DNA of 19,652 nt from a virus (IMGVR_UViG_3300027836_000006); one strand, 5' to 3'. Positions 7,385 through 13,282 are shown, numbered from the stretch's first letter. A program made the numbers and translations. The notes: generated from the sequence alone by a model not told the origin.

Positions 7385-7472
7385 GGATCTTGTTCCCCAT
7401 TGCCGGCTGTAACCCGGTAGCCATTAATAAGTGGGGTGGCGGCAAGTAGTTCGATTCTATCAAGGTCCACCA
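7385..7472 (+). tRNA. atypical D-armless tRNA-Tyr(GUA)-like RNA
   Basis: 8-bp acceptor, gccgg-ctGTAac-ccggt arm, 4-bp T stem, ACCA. Confidence 0.6.
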
Positions 7473-7478
7473 ATTTTT

Positions 7479-7552
7479 TCCCGGATAGTTAAATGGTATA
7501 ACAATCGGCTGATAACCGGTCATTACAAGTTCGATTCTTGTTCTGGGAACCA
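7479..7552 (+). tRNA. tRNA-Ile(GAU)
   Basis: cloverleaf, loop ctGATaa, CCA. Confidence 0.9.
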
Positions 7553-7557
7553 AGTTT

Positions 7558-7616
7558 AGGATAGCAACAGCAAATTTAAAATTTCACTGTAAATGAAAAC
7601 AAAATGCTATCCTGTT
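7558..7616 (+). ncRNA. ACAGCAA-motif RNA 1 with Tyr(GUA) anticodon hairpin
   Basis: aggatagca/tgctatcct helix, acagcaa, tttca-ctGTAaa-tgaaa. Confidence 0.7.
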
Positions 7617-7623
7617 TAATTAT

Positions 7624-7698
7624 ACTGTCGTCGTCTAGTGGCTAGGACGCTACCCTTTCAAGGTGGAGAAGCGGGATCGATACCCGTCGACAGTACCA
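7624..7698 (+). tRNA. tRNA-Glu(UUC)
   Basis: cloverleaf, loop ctTTCaa, CCA. Confidence 0.88.
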
Positions 7699-7702
7699 AT
7701 AT

Positions 7703-7777
7703 ACCGCAGTAGTCCTCTGGGAGGGCAACGGATTGTCTATCCGACTTAGGCGAGTTCGATTCTCGTCTGCGGTGCCA
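7703..7777 (+). tRNA. tRNA-Asp(GUC), divergent
   Basis: loop ttGTCta, T arm, GCCA; weak D arm. Confidence 0.8.
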
Positions 7778-7785
7778 AAATTTAT

Positions 7786-7863
7786 TGTCCGAGAGCAAGC
7801 ATGGTGTAGGCGCTTCGCTGTTAACGAAGAATGAGCTAGGTTCGATCCCTAGTCGGACAGCCA
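7786..7863 (+). tRNA. tRNA-Asn(GUU)
   Basis: loop ctGTTaa, GCCA. Confidence 0.85.
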
Positions 7864-7870
7864 ATCAATT

Positions 7871-7945
7871 GGGGGAAGTAGTGGGCTACGGTATGGGCTT
7901 GCACCCTGTATGACTACAAGAGTTCGATTCTCTGGTCCTCCACCA
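7871..7945 (+). tRNA. tRNA-Ala(UGC), divergent
   Basis: loop ctTGCac, G3-U70 pair, A73, CCA. Confidence 0.75.
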
Positions 7946-7952
7946 ATTTTAT

Positions 7953-8028
7953 CTCTCTAAAGCGTTATCTGGTTGCGTACACGGTTTGGGGCCGTGTGGT
8001 CAAGGTTCGAATCCTTGTAGGGAGACCA
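7953..8028 (+). tRNA. tRNA-Pro(UGG)
   Basis: loop ttTGGgg, CCA. Confidence 0.88.
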
Positions 8029-8036
8029 ATTTTTAT

Positions 8037-8110
8037 GCCTCGGTAGTTTAATGGTAGAACTACGGTGTTACATACCGTTGATGACAGTTCGATTCTGTAA
8101 CGAGGTACCA
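8037..8110 (+). tRNA. tRNA-Val(UAC)
   Basis: loop gtTACat (unusual G32), CCA. Confidence 0.82.
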
Positions 8111-8116
8111 ATTTAT

Positions 8117-8200
8117 AGATAGCAGTGCGTGGGACGCAAGCTGGTTTGCTAAACCGGTCTACTGGAAACGGTAACAGTTCGAGTCTGTTGCTATCTGCCA
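8117..8200 (+). tRNA. tRNA-Ser(GCU)
   Basis: loop ttGCTaa, long variable arm, GCCA. Confidence 0.85.
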
Positions 8201-8205
8201 ATCAT

Positions 8206-8294
8206 GGAAGGTTAACTGGACTGGGTCCAGCTCTGTCTTGAAAACAGAAGGTGTGCGTGAGCGCATAGAGTTCGATTCTACTATCCTTCCTCCA
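8206..8294 (+). tRNA. tRNA-Ser(UGA), divergent
   Basis: loop ctTGAaa, long variable arm, bulged T stem, U73. Confidence 0.78.
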
Positions 8295-8300
8295 AATTTT

Positions 8301-8374
8301 GCTCTATTAGTATAATGGTAGTACACCGGTTTTGTAGTCCGGTAATCGTGGTTCGATTCCTCGATGGAGCACCA
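8301..8374 (+). tRNA. tRNA-Thr(UGU)
   Basis: loop ttTGTag, CCA. Confidence 0.82.
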
Positions 8375-8379
8375 AGTTA

Positions 8380-8443
8380 AGGATGTTAACAGCAAATTTT
8401 ATACACTAGACTTTTAATCTAACCAGTAAAATACATCCTGTTT
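8380..8443 (+). ncRNA. ACAGCAA-motif RNA 2 with Lys(UUU) anticodon hairpin
   Basis: aggatgt/acatcct helix, acagcaa, taga-ctTTTaa-tcta. Confidence 0.7.
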
Positions 8444-8448
8444 TATTT

Positions 8449-8524
8449 GCTACTTTAGCTGATGTGGTCATAGCGGCGGTCTGAAGAACCGTTGAAAGAG
8501 GTTCGATTCCTCTAGGTAGCACCA
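8449..8524 (+). tRNA. tRNA-Phe(GAA)
   Basis: loop ctGAAga, CCA. Confidence 0.9.
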
Positions 8525-8529
8525 AGTTT

Positions 8530-8590
8530 AGGATACTAACAGCAAACTTAAAAAATTCAATTTGAACTTGAAAAGTAAATGTATCCTGTT
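8530..8590 (+). ncRNA. ACAGCAA-motif RNA 3 with Ser(UGA)-like anticodon hairpin
   Basis: aggatac/gtatcct helix, acagcaa, ttcaa-ttTGAac-ttgaa. Confidence 0.68.
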
Positions 8591-8608
8591 TTATAGTAAG
8601 GAACTCAA

Positions 8609-8737
8609 ATGGCAAATGTCAAAAAAGGTAACCTAACAGCGCCTCCACAATGGTGGAAGCATTTGAAAGATTGGAAACGAGTGTTTTGGAAATCAGAACG
8701 CCAAGCCCAAAAGAAAAATATCAACAAAGGAGAATGA
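8609..8737 (+). CDS. small basic Trp-rich protein (42 aa)
   Basis: AAGGA RBS; MANVKKGNLTAPPQWWKHLKDWKRVFWKSERQAQKKNINKGE. Confidence 0.65.
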   Translation: MANVKKGNLTAPPQWWKHLKDWKRVFWKSERQAQKKNINKGE

Positions 8738-8738
8738 C

Positions 8739-8762
8739 ATGAAACGTACAGGTAAACGTTAG
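8739..8762 (+). CDS. micro-ORF MKRTGKR
   Basis: AAGGAG RBS, 7 codons, TAG, followed by a hairpin. Confidence 0.4.
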   Translation: MKRTGKR

Positions 8763-8824
8763 TGTCATCTTTGACCCCCGTATGGTCTTAGATGGCACGT
8801 AAAAGAAAATAATTACGAATCCAT

Positions 8825-8899
8825 CCACGCTAAACTTTAGTGGCGAAGTACCCGGCTCTTAACCGGACTAACTGAGTTCGATTCTCAGAGCGTGGACCA
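8825..8899 (+). tRNA. tRNA-Lys(CUU)
   Basis: loop ctCTTaa, CCA. Confidence 0.88.
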
Positions 8900-8902
8900 T
8901 AT

Positions 8903-8976
8903 GGGGGTATAACTTAACGGCAAAGTAGTAGGCTTTTAACCTATTAATCAGAGTTCGATTCTCTGTGCCCCTACCA
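8903..8976 (+). tRNA. tRNA-Lys(UUU)
   Basis: loop ctTTTaa, CCA. Confidence 0.9.
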
Positions 8977-9103
8977 TATGCTAACACACTTTCAATCTGA
9001 ATTGACAGATACAAACAACCAAGGGGAGCCACTGGGTTCATTCCAGTTTCATCCTGAATTGACAGGAACAAGGTTGTAAGGGGAGCCGAGTGTGTTAACA
9101 TAT
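8976..9103 (+). ncRNA. structured RNA candidate with internal tandem duplication
   Basis: closing helix taacacact/agtgtgtta; two ctg-aattga-cag hairpins each followed by aaggggagcc. Confidence 0.55.
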
Positions 9104-9179
9104 GGTAACGTAGCATAGTGGCTAATGCACCACCTTCATACGGTGTTTATCGTCGGTTCGAGTCCGACCGTTACTACCA
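9104..9179 (+). tRNA. tRNA-Met or Ile2 (CAU)
   Basis: loop ttCATac, CCA; elongator type. Confidence 0.85.
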
Positions 9180-9182
9180 AGT

Positions 9183-9399
9183 TTTGTAAGTGTCAGCAAG
9201 AGAATGTCACGCTATAAAGGTTTCTTCGAAGGACTGATATAGTAGAAGGTTAATGGGTTCAACTCCCACCCGCGGGGAACTGCGGAGGTCTGTAACGGAG
9301 ACTATACTGGACTAGTATTCCAAGTGACGTACCGAGTCCCGTCCGGACTAGTTAATTCGGGTGAATGGTTGCTATAACGATGGAGCAACTACTTACAAA
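9183..9399 (+). ncRNA. long variant CAGCAA-motif RNA 4
   Basis: tttgtaagt/acttacaaa helix followed by gtCAGCAA; internal hairpins. Confidence 0.45.
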
Positions 9400-9463
9400 T
9401 TCAACAGACCCCCGCTTTGTCAGGTTGTGCGGTGAACAACTTGACACTTTATTAAATAAAGAT

Positions 9464-9704
9464 GTTAGTAAAAGGTTTAAGGTGTAATAGTGTTTCGAAA
9501 GAGCTTTGCGAATGTCGGAAGCATTCAATAAGAGAAGTTATAGACTTCAACACTCGCTGACGGATAGAGTAAGGTATTGTTTTCAGCATTGACCTTACAG
9601 TCAGCAATGCATTCCATGTTGGGCGAGACTAAGAGAGCAGATCTGAAAAATCTGGGTCGCCAGTGCTAACGCTAAAACCAAAACTCTGCGAATCTTTTAC
9701 TAAC
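9464..9704 (+). ncRNA. orphan ~240-nt structured RNA candidate
   Basis: 11-bp closing helix gttagtaaaag/cttttactaac between tRNAs; no long ORF. Confidence 0.45.
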
Positions 9705-9713
9705 TTCTTTTAT

Positions 9714-9787
9714 GCGGGTATGATGTAATGGTAACCTGAAACCTTGCCAAGGTTTATTCGCGAGTTCGATTCTCGCTACCCGCTCCA
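9714..9787 (+). tRNA. tRNA-Gly(GCC)
   Basis: loop ttGCCaa, UCCA. Confidence 0.9.
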
Positions 9788-9839
9788 AATTATGGCTCCT
9801 AAACTTGTTCGCATAGCGTCCTCTAGGAGTTTTCTTTTT

Positions 9840-9968
9840 AGGATACTAACAGCAAATTAAAATTCGCCTTCTAAGCGAGTGGTCGTTGGTTCGAGTCCAA
9901 CATTTGATCAAGCCTAAAAAGCAGTCAAATTAGCTCAGTTGGTAGAGCACTTTAAAATGTATCCTGTT
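9840..9968 (+). ncRNA. ACAGCAA-motif RNA 5 containing a circularly permuted tRNA-Arg(UCU)
   Basis: order: anticodon arm, V, T arm, acceptor 3', linker, acceptor 5', D arm, inside aggatac/gtatcct helix. Confidence 0.8.
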
Positions 9969-9976
9969 TTTTCTGT

Positions 9977-10050
9977 TCCCGGATTGTGTAATGGTAGCAC
10001 AACAGACTTTGACTCTGTTAGCCTAGGTTCGATCCCTAGTCCGGGTGCCA
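9977..10050 (+). tRNA. tRNA-Gln(UUG)
   Basis: loop ctTTGac, GCCA. Confidence 0.9.
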
Positions 10051-10055
10051 AATAT

Positions 10056-10130
10056 ATCGCTATAGTATAATGGATAATACACTACGCTACGAACGTGGGA
10101 ATAGAGGTTCGATTCCTTTTGGCGGTACCA
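10056..10130 (+). tRNA. tRNA-Arg(ACG)
   Basis: loop ctACGaa, CCA. Confidence 0.88.
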
Positions 10131-10136
10131 ATCTAT

Positions 10137-10212
10137 GGTGTCTTTAGTGTAGTGGCCTGCACCCTGCTCTGTGAAAGCGGTAGTACCGGATCGATACCGG
10201 TAAGGCACCCCA
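10137..10212 (+). tRNA. tRNA-His(GUG)
   Basis: G-1/C73, loop ctGTGaa, CCA. Confidence 0.88.
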
Positions 10213-10218
10213 AACAAT

Positions 10219-10295
10219 GCCCCTCTGGCGCAATTGGTAGACGCGGCTCTCTCAAAAGGAGTGTGTTCCCCGTTCGAGTCGGGGGAGGGGCACCA
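10219..10295 (+). tRNA. tRNA-Leu(CAA) with short variable loop
   Basis: Leu-type D arm, loop ctCAAaa, 5-nt variable region, ACCA. Confidence 0.8.
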
Positions 10296-10454
10296 AGTTT
10301 CGAAGATAGACGATAGTGTTGAGTCCCTTGTATGCTAGTGCCCTATTCTTGAGCATGACACACCAGTAGCTGTACAAGGTAGTTTAAACTCTGCTATTCG
10401 AGACAATCCAGCGAGTCCTTGAGAAAGATAGTTGGGCGCTTTGAAAACCTATTT

Positions 10455-10528
10455 GCTCTTATAGTTAAATGGCAGAACACCTCTTTGGTATGGAGGCAAT
10501 GAAAGTTCGATTCTTTCTAAGAGCACCA
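10455..10528 (+). tRNA. tRNA-Thr(GGU)
   Basis: loop ttGGTat, CCA. Confidence 0.82.
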
Positions 10529-10535
10529 GTTATAT

Positions 10536-10610
10536 CTGGCTATCGTATAATGGATAATACATAGAGCTTCTACCTCTAGAATGTGGGTTCGATTCCTGCT
10601 AGCCGGACCA
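10536..10610 (+). tRNA. tRNA-Arg(UCU)
   Basis: loop ctTCTac, CCA. Confidence 0.88.
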
Positions 10611-10723
10611 TATTAGAGCATCGAGTGAGACGGCATTGGTGTGCTGAAACTTCGTATAGATATGCCTAGGCGTCACATGTCTGAAGTATCTCTTTACTGG
10701 TTCGAATCCAGTATGCTCTAATA
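10611..10723 (+). ncRNA. tRNA-like RNA (acceptor + T arm, non-cloverleaf core)
   Basis: 11-bp terminal helix and actgg-ttcgaat-ccagt T arm. Confidence 0.5.
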
Positions 10724-10730
10724 TGGTTTT

Positions 10731-10805
10731 CGGGCTTTGGTGAAATGGATATCATTTCGGTCTTCGAAACCGACGGTGTAGGTTCGATTCCTACAAGCCC
10801 GGCCA
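10731..10805 (+). tRNA. tRNA-Arg(UCG)
   Basis: loop ctTCGaa, GCCA. Confidence 0.88.
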
Positions 10806-10834
10806 AAGTATTTCAAAAATAGTTCATAAAAGCG

Positions 10835-10863
10835 TTGACAGATTGCGCTAGATGTTATATAAT
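10835..10863 (+). promoter_or_regulatory. consensus sigma70 promoter inside the tRNA array
   Basis: TTGACA-N17-TATAAT. Confidence 0.85.
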
Positions 10864-10917
10864 AGTCACATACTAAGCAATTAGTAAAAACGCTCTTTAA
10901 AAATTTAATGTGACAAT

Positions 10918-10992
10918 GACGCCATCGTCTATCGGTTAGGACACTAGGTTTTCATCCTGGCAAGCGGGGTTCGATTCCCCGTGGCGTCTCCA
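10918..10992 (+). tRNA. tRNA-Glu(UUC)
   Basis: loop ttTTCat, CCA. Confidence 0.9.
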
Positions 10993-11132
10993 TTGTTAAG
11001 TACTATAAGGTATCGTGTAGGGACGCTTACACTATCCGGGTCAAAGCTGCCGGCGACTGATCCTGACATAACTGCATCGGCATTGAGTATGTTTAGCGAC
11101 TATCTCAGAATTTGCAAATAGTACTTAACAAT
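10992..11132 (+). ncRNA. orphan stem-closed RNA candidate
   Basis: perfect 15-bp helix attgttaagtactat/atagtacttaacaat. Confidence 0.45.
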
Positions 11133-11142
11133 GGAAAATTAT

Positions 11143-11226
11143 GCGCAAGTGGTGGAATGGTATACACGGTGGTCTTAGAAGCCACTGCCGAAAGGATTGA
11201 GAGTTCGAGTCTCTCCTTGCGCACCA
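11143..11226 (+). tRNA. tRNA-Leu(UAG)
   Basis: loop ctTAGaa, variable arm, CCA. Confidence 0.92.
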
Positions 11227-11231
11227 AACAT

Positions 11232-11316
11232 GGAGTAGAAGCATCAATGGTGATGCAGTGGACTGTAAATCCGCCGCCTTCGGGCACGCCTGGTTCGATC
11301 CCAGGATACTCCACCA
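11232..11316 (+). tRNA. tRNA-Tyr(GUA)
   Basis: loop ctGTAaa, variable arm, CCA. Confidence 0.92.
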
Positions 11317-11398
11317 AATCAAAGTAGGGAAATCTTCCTAAGTACACGGAAGTACTAAGTGTTAGAGATAATGAAAATTATCCCCCTGCGCCAAATTA

Positions 11399-11488
11399 GG
11401 AAATGTGACAGAGTCCGGTTTATTGTAGCAGTCTTGAAAACTGCCGTGTCGAAAGGCACCGTGAGTTCGAATCTCACCGTTTCCGCCA
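11399..11488 (+). tRNA. tRNA-Ser(UGA)
   Basis: loop ctTGAaa, variable arm, GCCA. Confidence 0.92.
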
Positions 11489-11493
11489 AGTTT

Positions 11494-11612
11494 GCTTGCT
11501 AAAGTTTAACTACACTGACAACCGATAAGAAGCGTATAAGTCGACCCGTACGTGAAAGGCTCAGGAAGATAAGGAGTTAGACAGTTCCGTTCGAATCGGA
11601 TAGCGAGCACCA
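11494..11612 (+). ncRNA. tRNA-like RNA with CCA end and no cloverleaf core
   Basis: 8-bp acceptor gcttgcta/tagcgagc, tccg-ttcgaat-cgga T arm, ACCA. Confidence 0.6.
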
Positions 11613-11617
11613 TAGTT

Positions 11618-11692
11618 GGTCTCATAGTATATCGGTTAGTATAATGGCCTGTCACGCCGTAGGGACGAGTTCGATTCTCGTTGAGACCGCCA
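11618..11692 (+). tRNA. tRNA-Asp(GUC)
   Basis: loop ctGTCac, GCCA. Confidence 0.92.
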
Positions 11693-11698
11693 AATAAT

Positions 11699-11772
11699 GT
11701 ATCTCTAATGTAATGGCAGCATGACAGTCTCCAAAACTGTTCGTCGGGGTTCGAGTCCCTGGAGGTACGCCA
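11699..11772 (+). tRNA. tRNA-Trp(CCA)
   Basis: loop ctCCAaa, GCCA. Confidence 0.9.
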
Positions 11773-11786
11773 GTTAAATATAAGTG

Positions 11787-11815
11787 TTGACAGTAGTTAA
11801 CACAGAAAGTATAAT
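11787..11815 (+). promoter_or_regulatory. consensus sigma70 promoter
   Basis: TTGACA-N17-TATAAT. Confidence 0.85.
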
Positions 11816-11820
11816 AGACA

Positions 11821-12048
11821 ATGTATAAAATAATAGGTAAAGAAGAAACTTTCAAAACACTCACACTCGGTGAAGCAATGAATGTTGCTAAGATGATGAA
11901 CGAATTTGTAAGAATTGTTGGAACAGATTTTGAAGTAGTAGGACGATTTGGAGTTGACTCTGTGGTAGATGGTAAGTGCCCAGATGGTGTTACTTATGAT
12001 TGGAACAAAGCAAGCCGCATCGGCAGAGTAAAGAAAGAAAGAGTTTAA
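11821..12048 (+). CDS. hypothetical protein (probably leaderless)
   Basis: ATG 5 nt after the -10 box; 75 aa. Confidence 0.65.
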   Translation: MYKIIGKEETFKTLTLGEAMNVAKMMNEFVRIVGTDFEVVGRFGVDSVVDGKCPDGVTYDWNKASRIGRVKKERV

Positions 12049-12053
12049 AGATT

Positions 12054-12138
12054 GCGACTGTGGTGAAATAGGTAGACACAAGAGACTTAAAATCTCTCGC
12101 CGAAGGGCGTCCCGGTTCGATTCCGGGCAGTCGCACCA
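12054..12138 (+). tRNA. tRNA-Leu(UAA)
   Basis: loop ctTAAaa, variable arm, CCA. Confidence 0.92.
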
Positions 12139-12164
12139 AATAGAAGTGGTAAGTAAAAGAGTAA

Positions 12165-12254
12165 GGAGCGGTGGCCGAACGGTAAGGCAGCGGATTGCTA
12201 ATCCGTACAACGTGTTAAAGCGTTGACTGGGTTCGACTCCCAGTCGCTCCGCCA
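12165..12254 (+). tRNA. tRNA-Ser(GCU)
   Basis: loop ttGCTaa, variable arm, GCCA. Confidence 0.92.
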
Positions 12255-12272
12255 ATATTAAAAAGGAAAAAT

Positions 12273-12500
12273 ATGTTGAAACCAACGAGTACGTACAAAA
12301 TGTCAAAGACACTTAAAACAAGTCTTGCACTTAGTAAATTTAAAACCTTAGAACAACGTCACGCATGGAAACGTGCTTGTATTGACGCTGAACTATGTAG
12401 CAAGATTGTTGTTAAGAGTGCGCCGCGTGATAAAAATGCGCCGCGTGGAACTGCTAACTATCAGACTAACGATACTGGTACAGCAAGTACTCAAGTATAA
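12273..12500 (+). CDS. small basic hypothetical protein
   Basis: AAGGA RBS; 75 aa. Confidence 0.6.
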   Translation: MLKPTSTYKMSKTLKTSLALSKFKTLEQRHAWKRACIDAELCSKIVVKSAPRDKNAPRGTANYQTNDTGTASTQV

Positions 12501-12507
12501 GAATTAT

Positions 12508-12583
12508 TCCGCCTTAGCTCAGTTGGTAGAGTAGATGACTGTTAATCATTTGGTCCCTGGTTCGAGCCCAGGAGGTGGAGCCA
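12508..12583 (+). tRNA. tRNA-Asn(GUU)
   Basis: loop ctGTTaa, GCCA. Confidence 0.92.
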
Positions 12584-12593
12584 GGTTTATGTG

Positions 12594-12669
12594 GGGGGTG
12601 TAGCTCATTTGGGAGAGCGCCTGCTTTGCAAGCAGGATGTAGCAAGTTCGATCCTTGTCACCTCCACCA
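12594..12669 (+). tRNA. tRNA-Ala(UGC)
   Basis: G3-U70, loop ttTGCaa, ACCA. Confidence 0.92.
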
Positions 12670-12680
12670 AGATTTAGGAG

Positions 12681-12875
12681 ATGTTAGATATGGCAGGTAA
12701 AGGTAGTAAAGCAAGACCGTTAAGTGTTGATACTAAAACATTTGATAGTAATTGGGATTTAGCTTTTGGAAAAAAGAAAAAGACTGAGGCTGAATTATTT
12801 GACGAAAAGGTTGTAATGAAAGATGAATACTTTGATTTAGACGTCGATCCAGAAAATCCAGATCAAGTAAAATAA
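12681..12875 (+). CDS. small hypothetical protein
   Basis: AGGAG RBS; MAGKGSKARP... (alternative start 12690). Confidence 0.65.
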   Translation: MLDMAGKGSKARPLSVDTKTFDSNWDLAFGKKKKTEAELFDEKVVMKDEYFDLDVDPENPDQVK

Positions 12876-12890
12876 CAAGAGGATACTAGC

Positions 12891-13076
12891 ATGGCAAAAG
12901 GTGCCGGTGGTAAAAAAGTAAGAATAGCAAGTCCAATGCTAACAAAAAATGGAAAACAAAGATTAGGCCCATTAAGTTTAGAACAGTTAAAAACGATGTT
13001 AGAAAAATCTAGTCGTCCAAAAGACAAAGCAAAGATTCAAAGTCGTGTTAAAATACTAGAAGCAAGAATTAAGTAG
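12891..13076 (+). CDS. small basic hypothetical protein
   Basis: GAGG RBS; ends TAG immediately followed by TAA. Confidence 0.65.
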   Translation: MAKGAGGKKVRIASPMLTKNGKQRLGPLSLEQLKTMLEKSSRPKDKAKIQSRVKILEARIK

Positions 13077-13083
13077 TAACAAT

Positions 13084-13159
<76 letters not shown>

Positions 13160-13166
13160 TAGTTTT

Positions 13167-13282
13167 AGGATAGATGACAGCAAACCCTTAGCGGTGAAAG
13201 CCGCATCTGATGGTCTGGGGTAACCCGGACGAGCATGTTAAGCTGGATCATGTTTAAAAAATTCGGCAAAGCCTATCCTGCT
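13167..13282 (+). ncRNA. ACAGCAA-motif RNA 6 (multi-hairpin cargo)
   Basis: aggatag/ctatcct helix, acagcaa, gcgg-tgaaag-ccgc and gtctggg-gtaa-cccggac hairpins. Confidence 0.6.

Noticed and set aside
7871-7945. tRNA-Cys(GCA) call
   Set aside because: The 7-nt loop register gives UGC, and G3-U70 with A73 indicates Ala.
9021-9040. Cobalamin riboswitch (aaggggagccactgg resemblance)
   Set aside because: Remaining conserved boxes are absent and there is no downstream regulated gene.
9464-9704. tmRNA or RNase P RNA
   Set aside because: No tRNA-like ends with G3-U70/CCA and no GAGGAAAGUCC-type core.
12420-12448. Direct repeat tgcgccgcgtg x2
   Set aside because: Explained by a short peptide repeat (SAPRD/NAPRG) in ORF 12273-12500.
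13205-13235. Hammerhead ribozyme (CTGATG followed by a stem)
   Set aside because: Core reads CUGAUGG...CGAG rather than CUGANGA...GAAA, and no stem I/III with a cleavage triplet was found.
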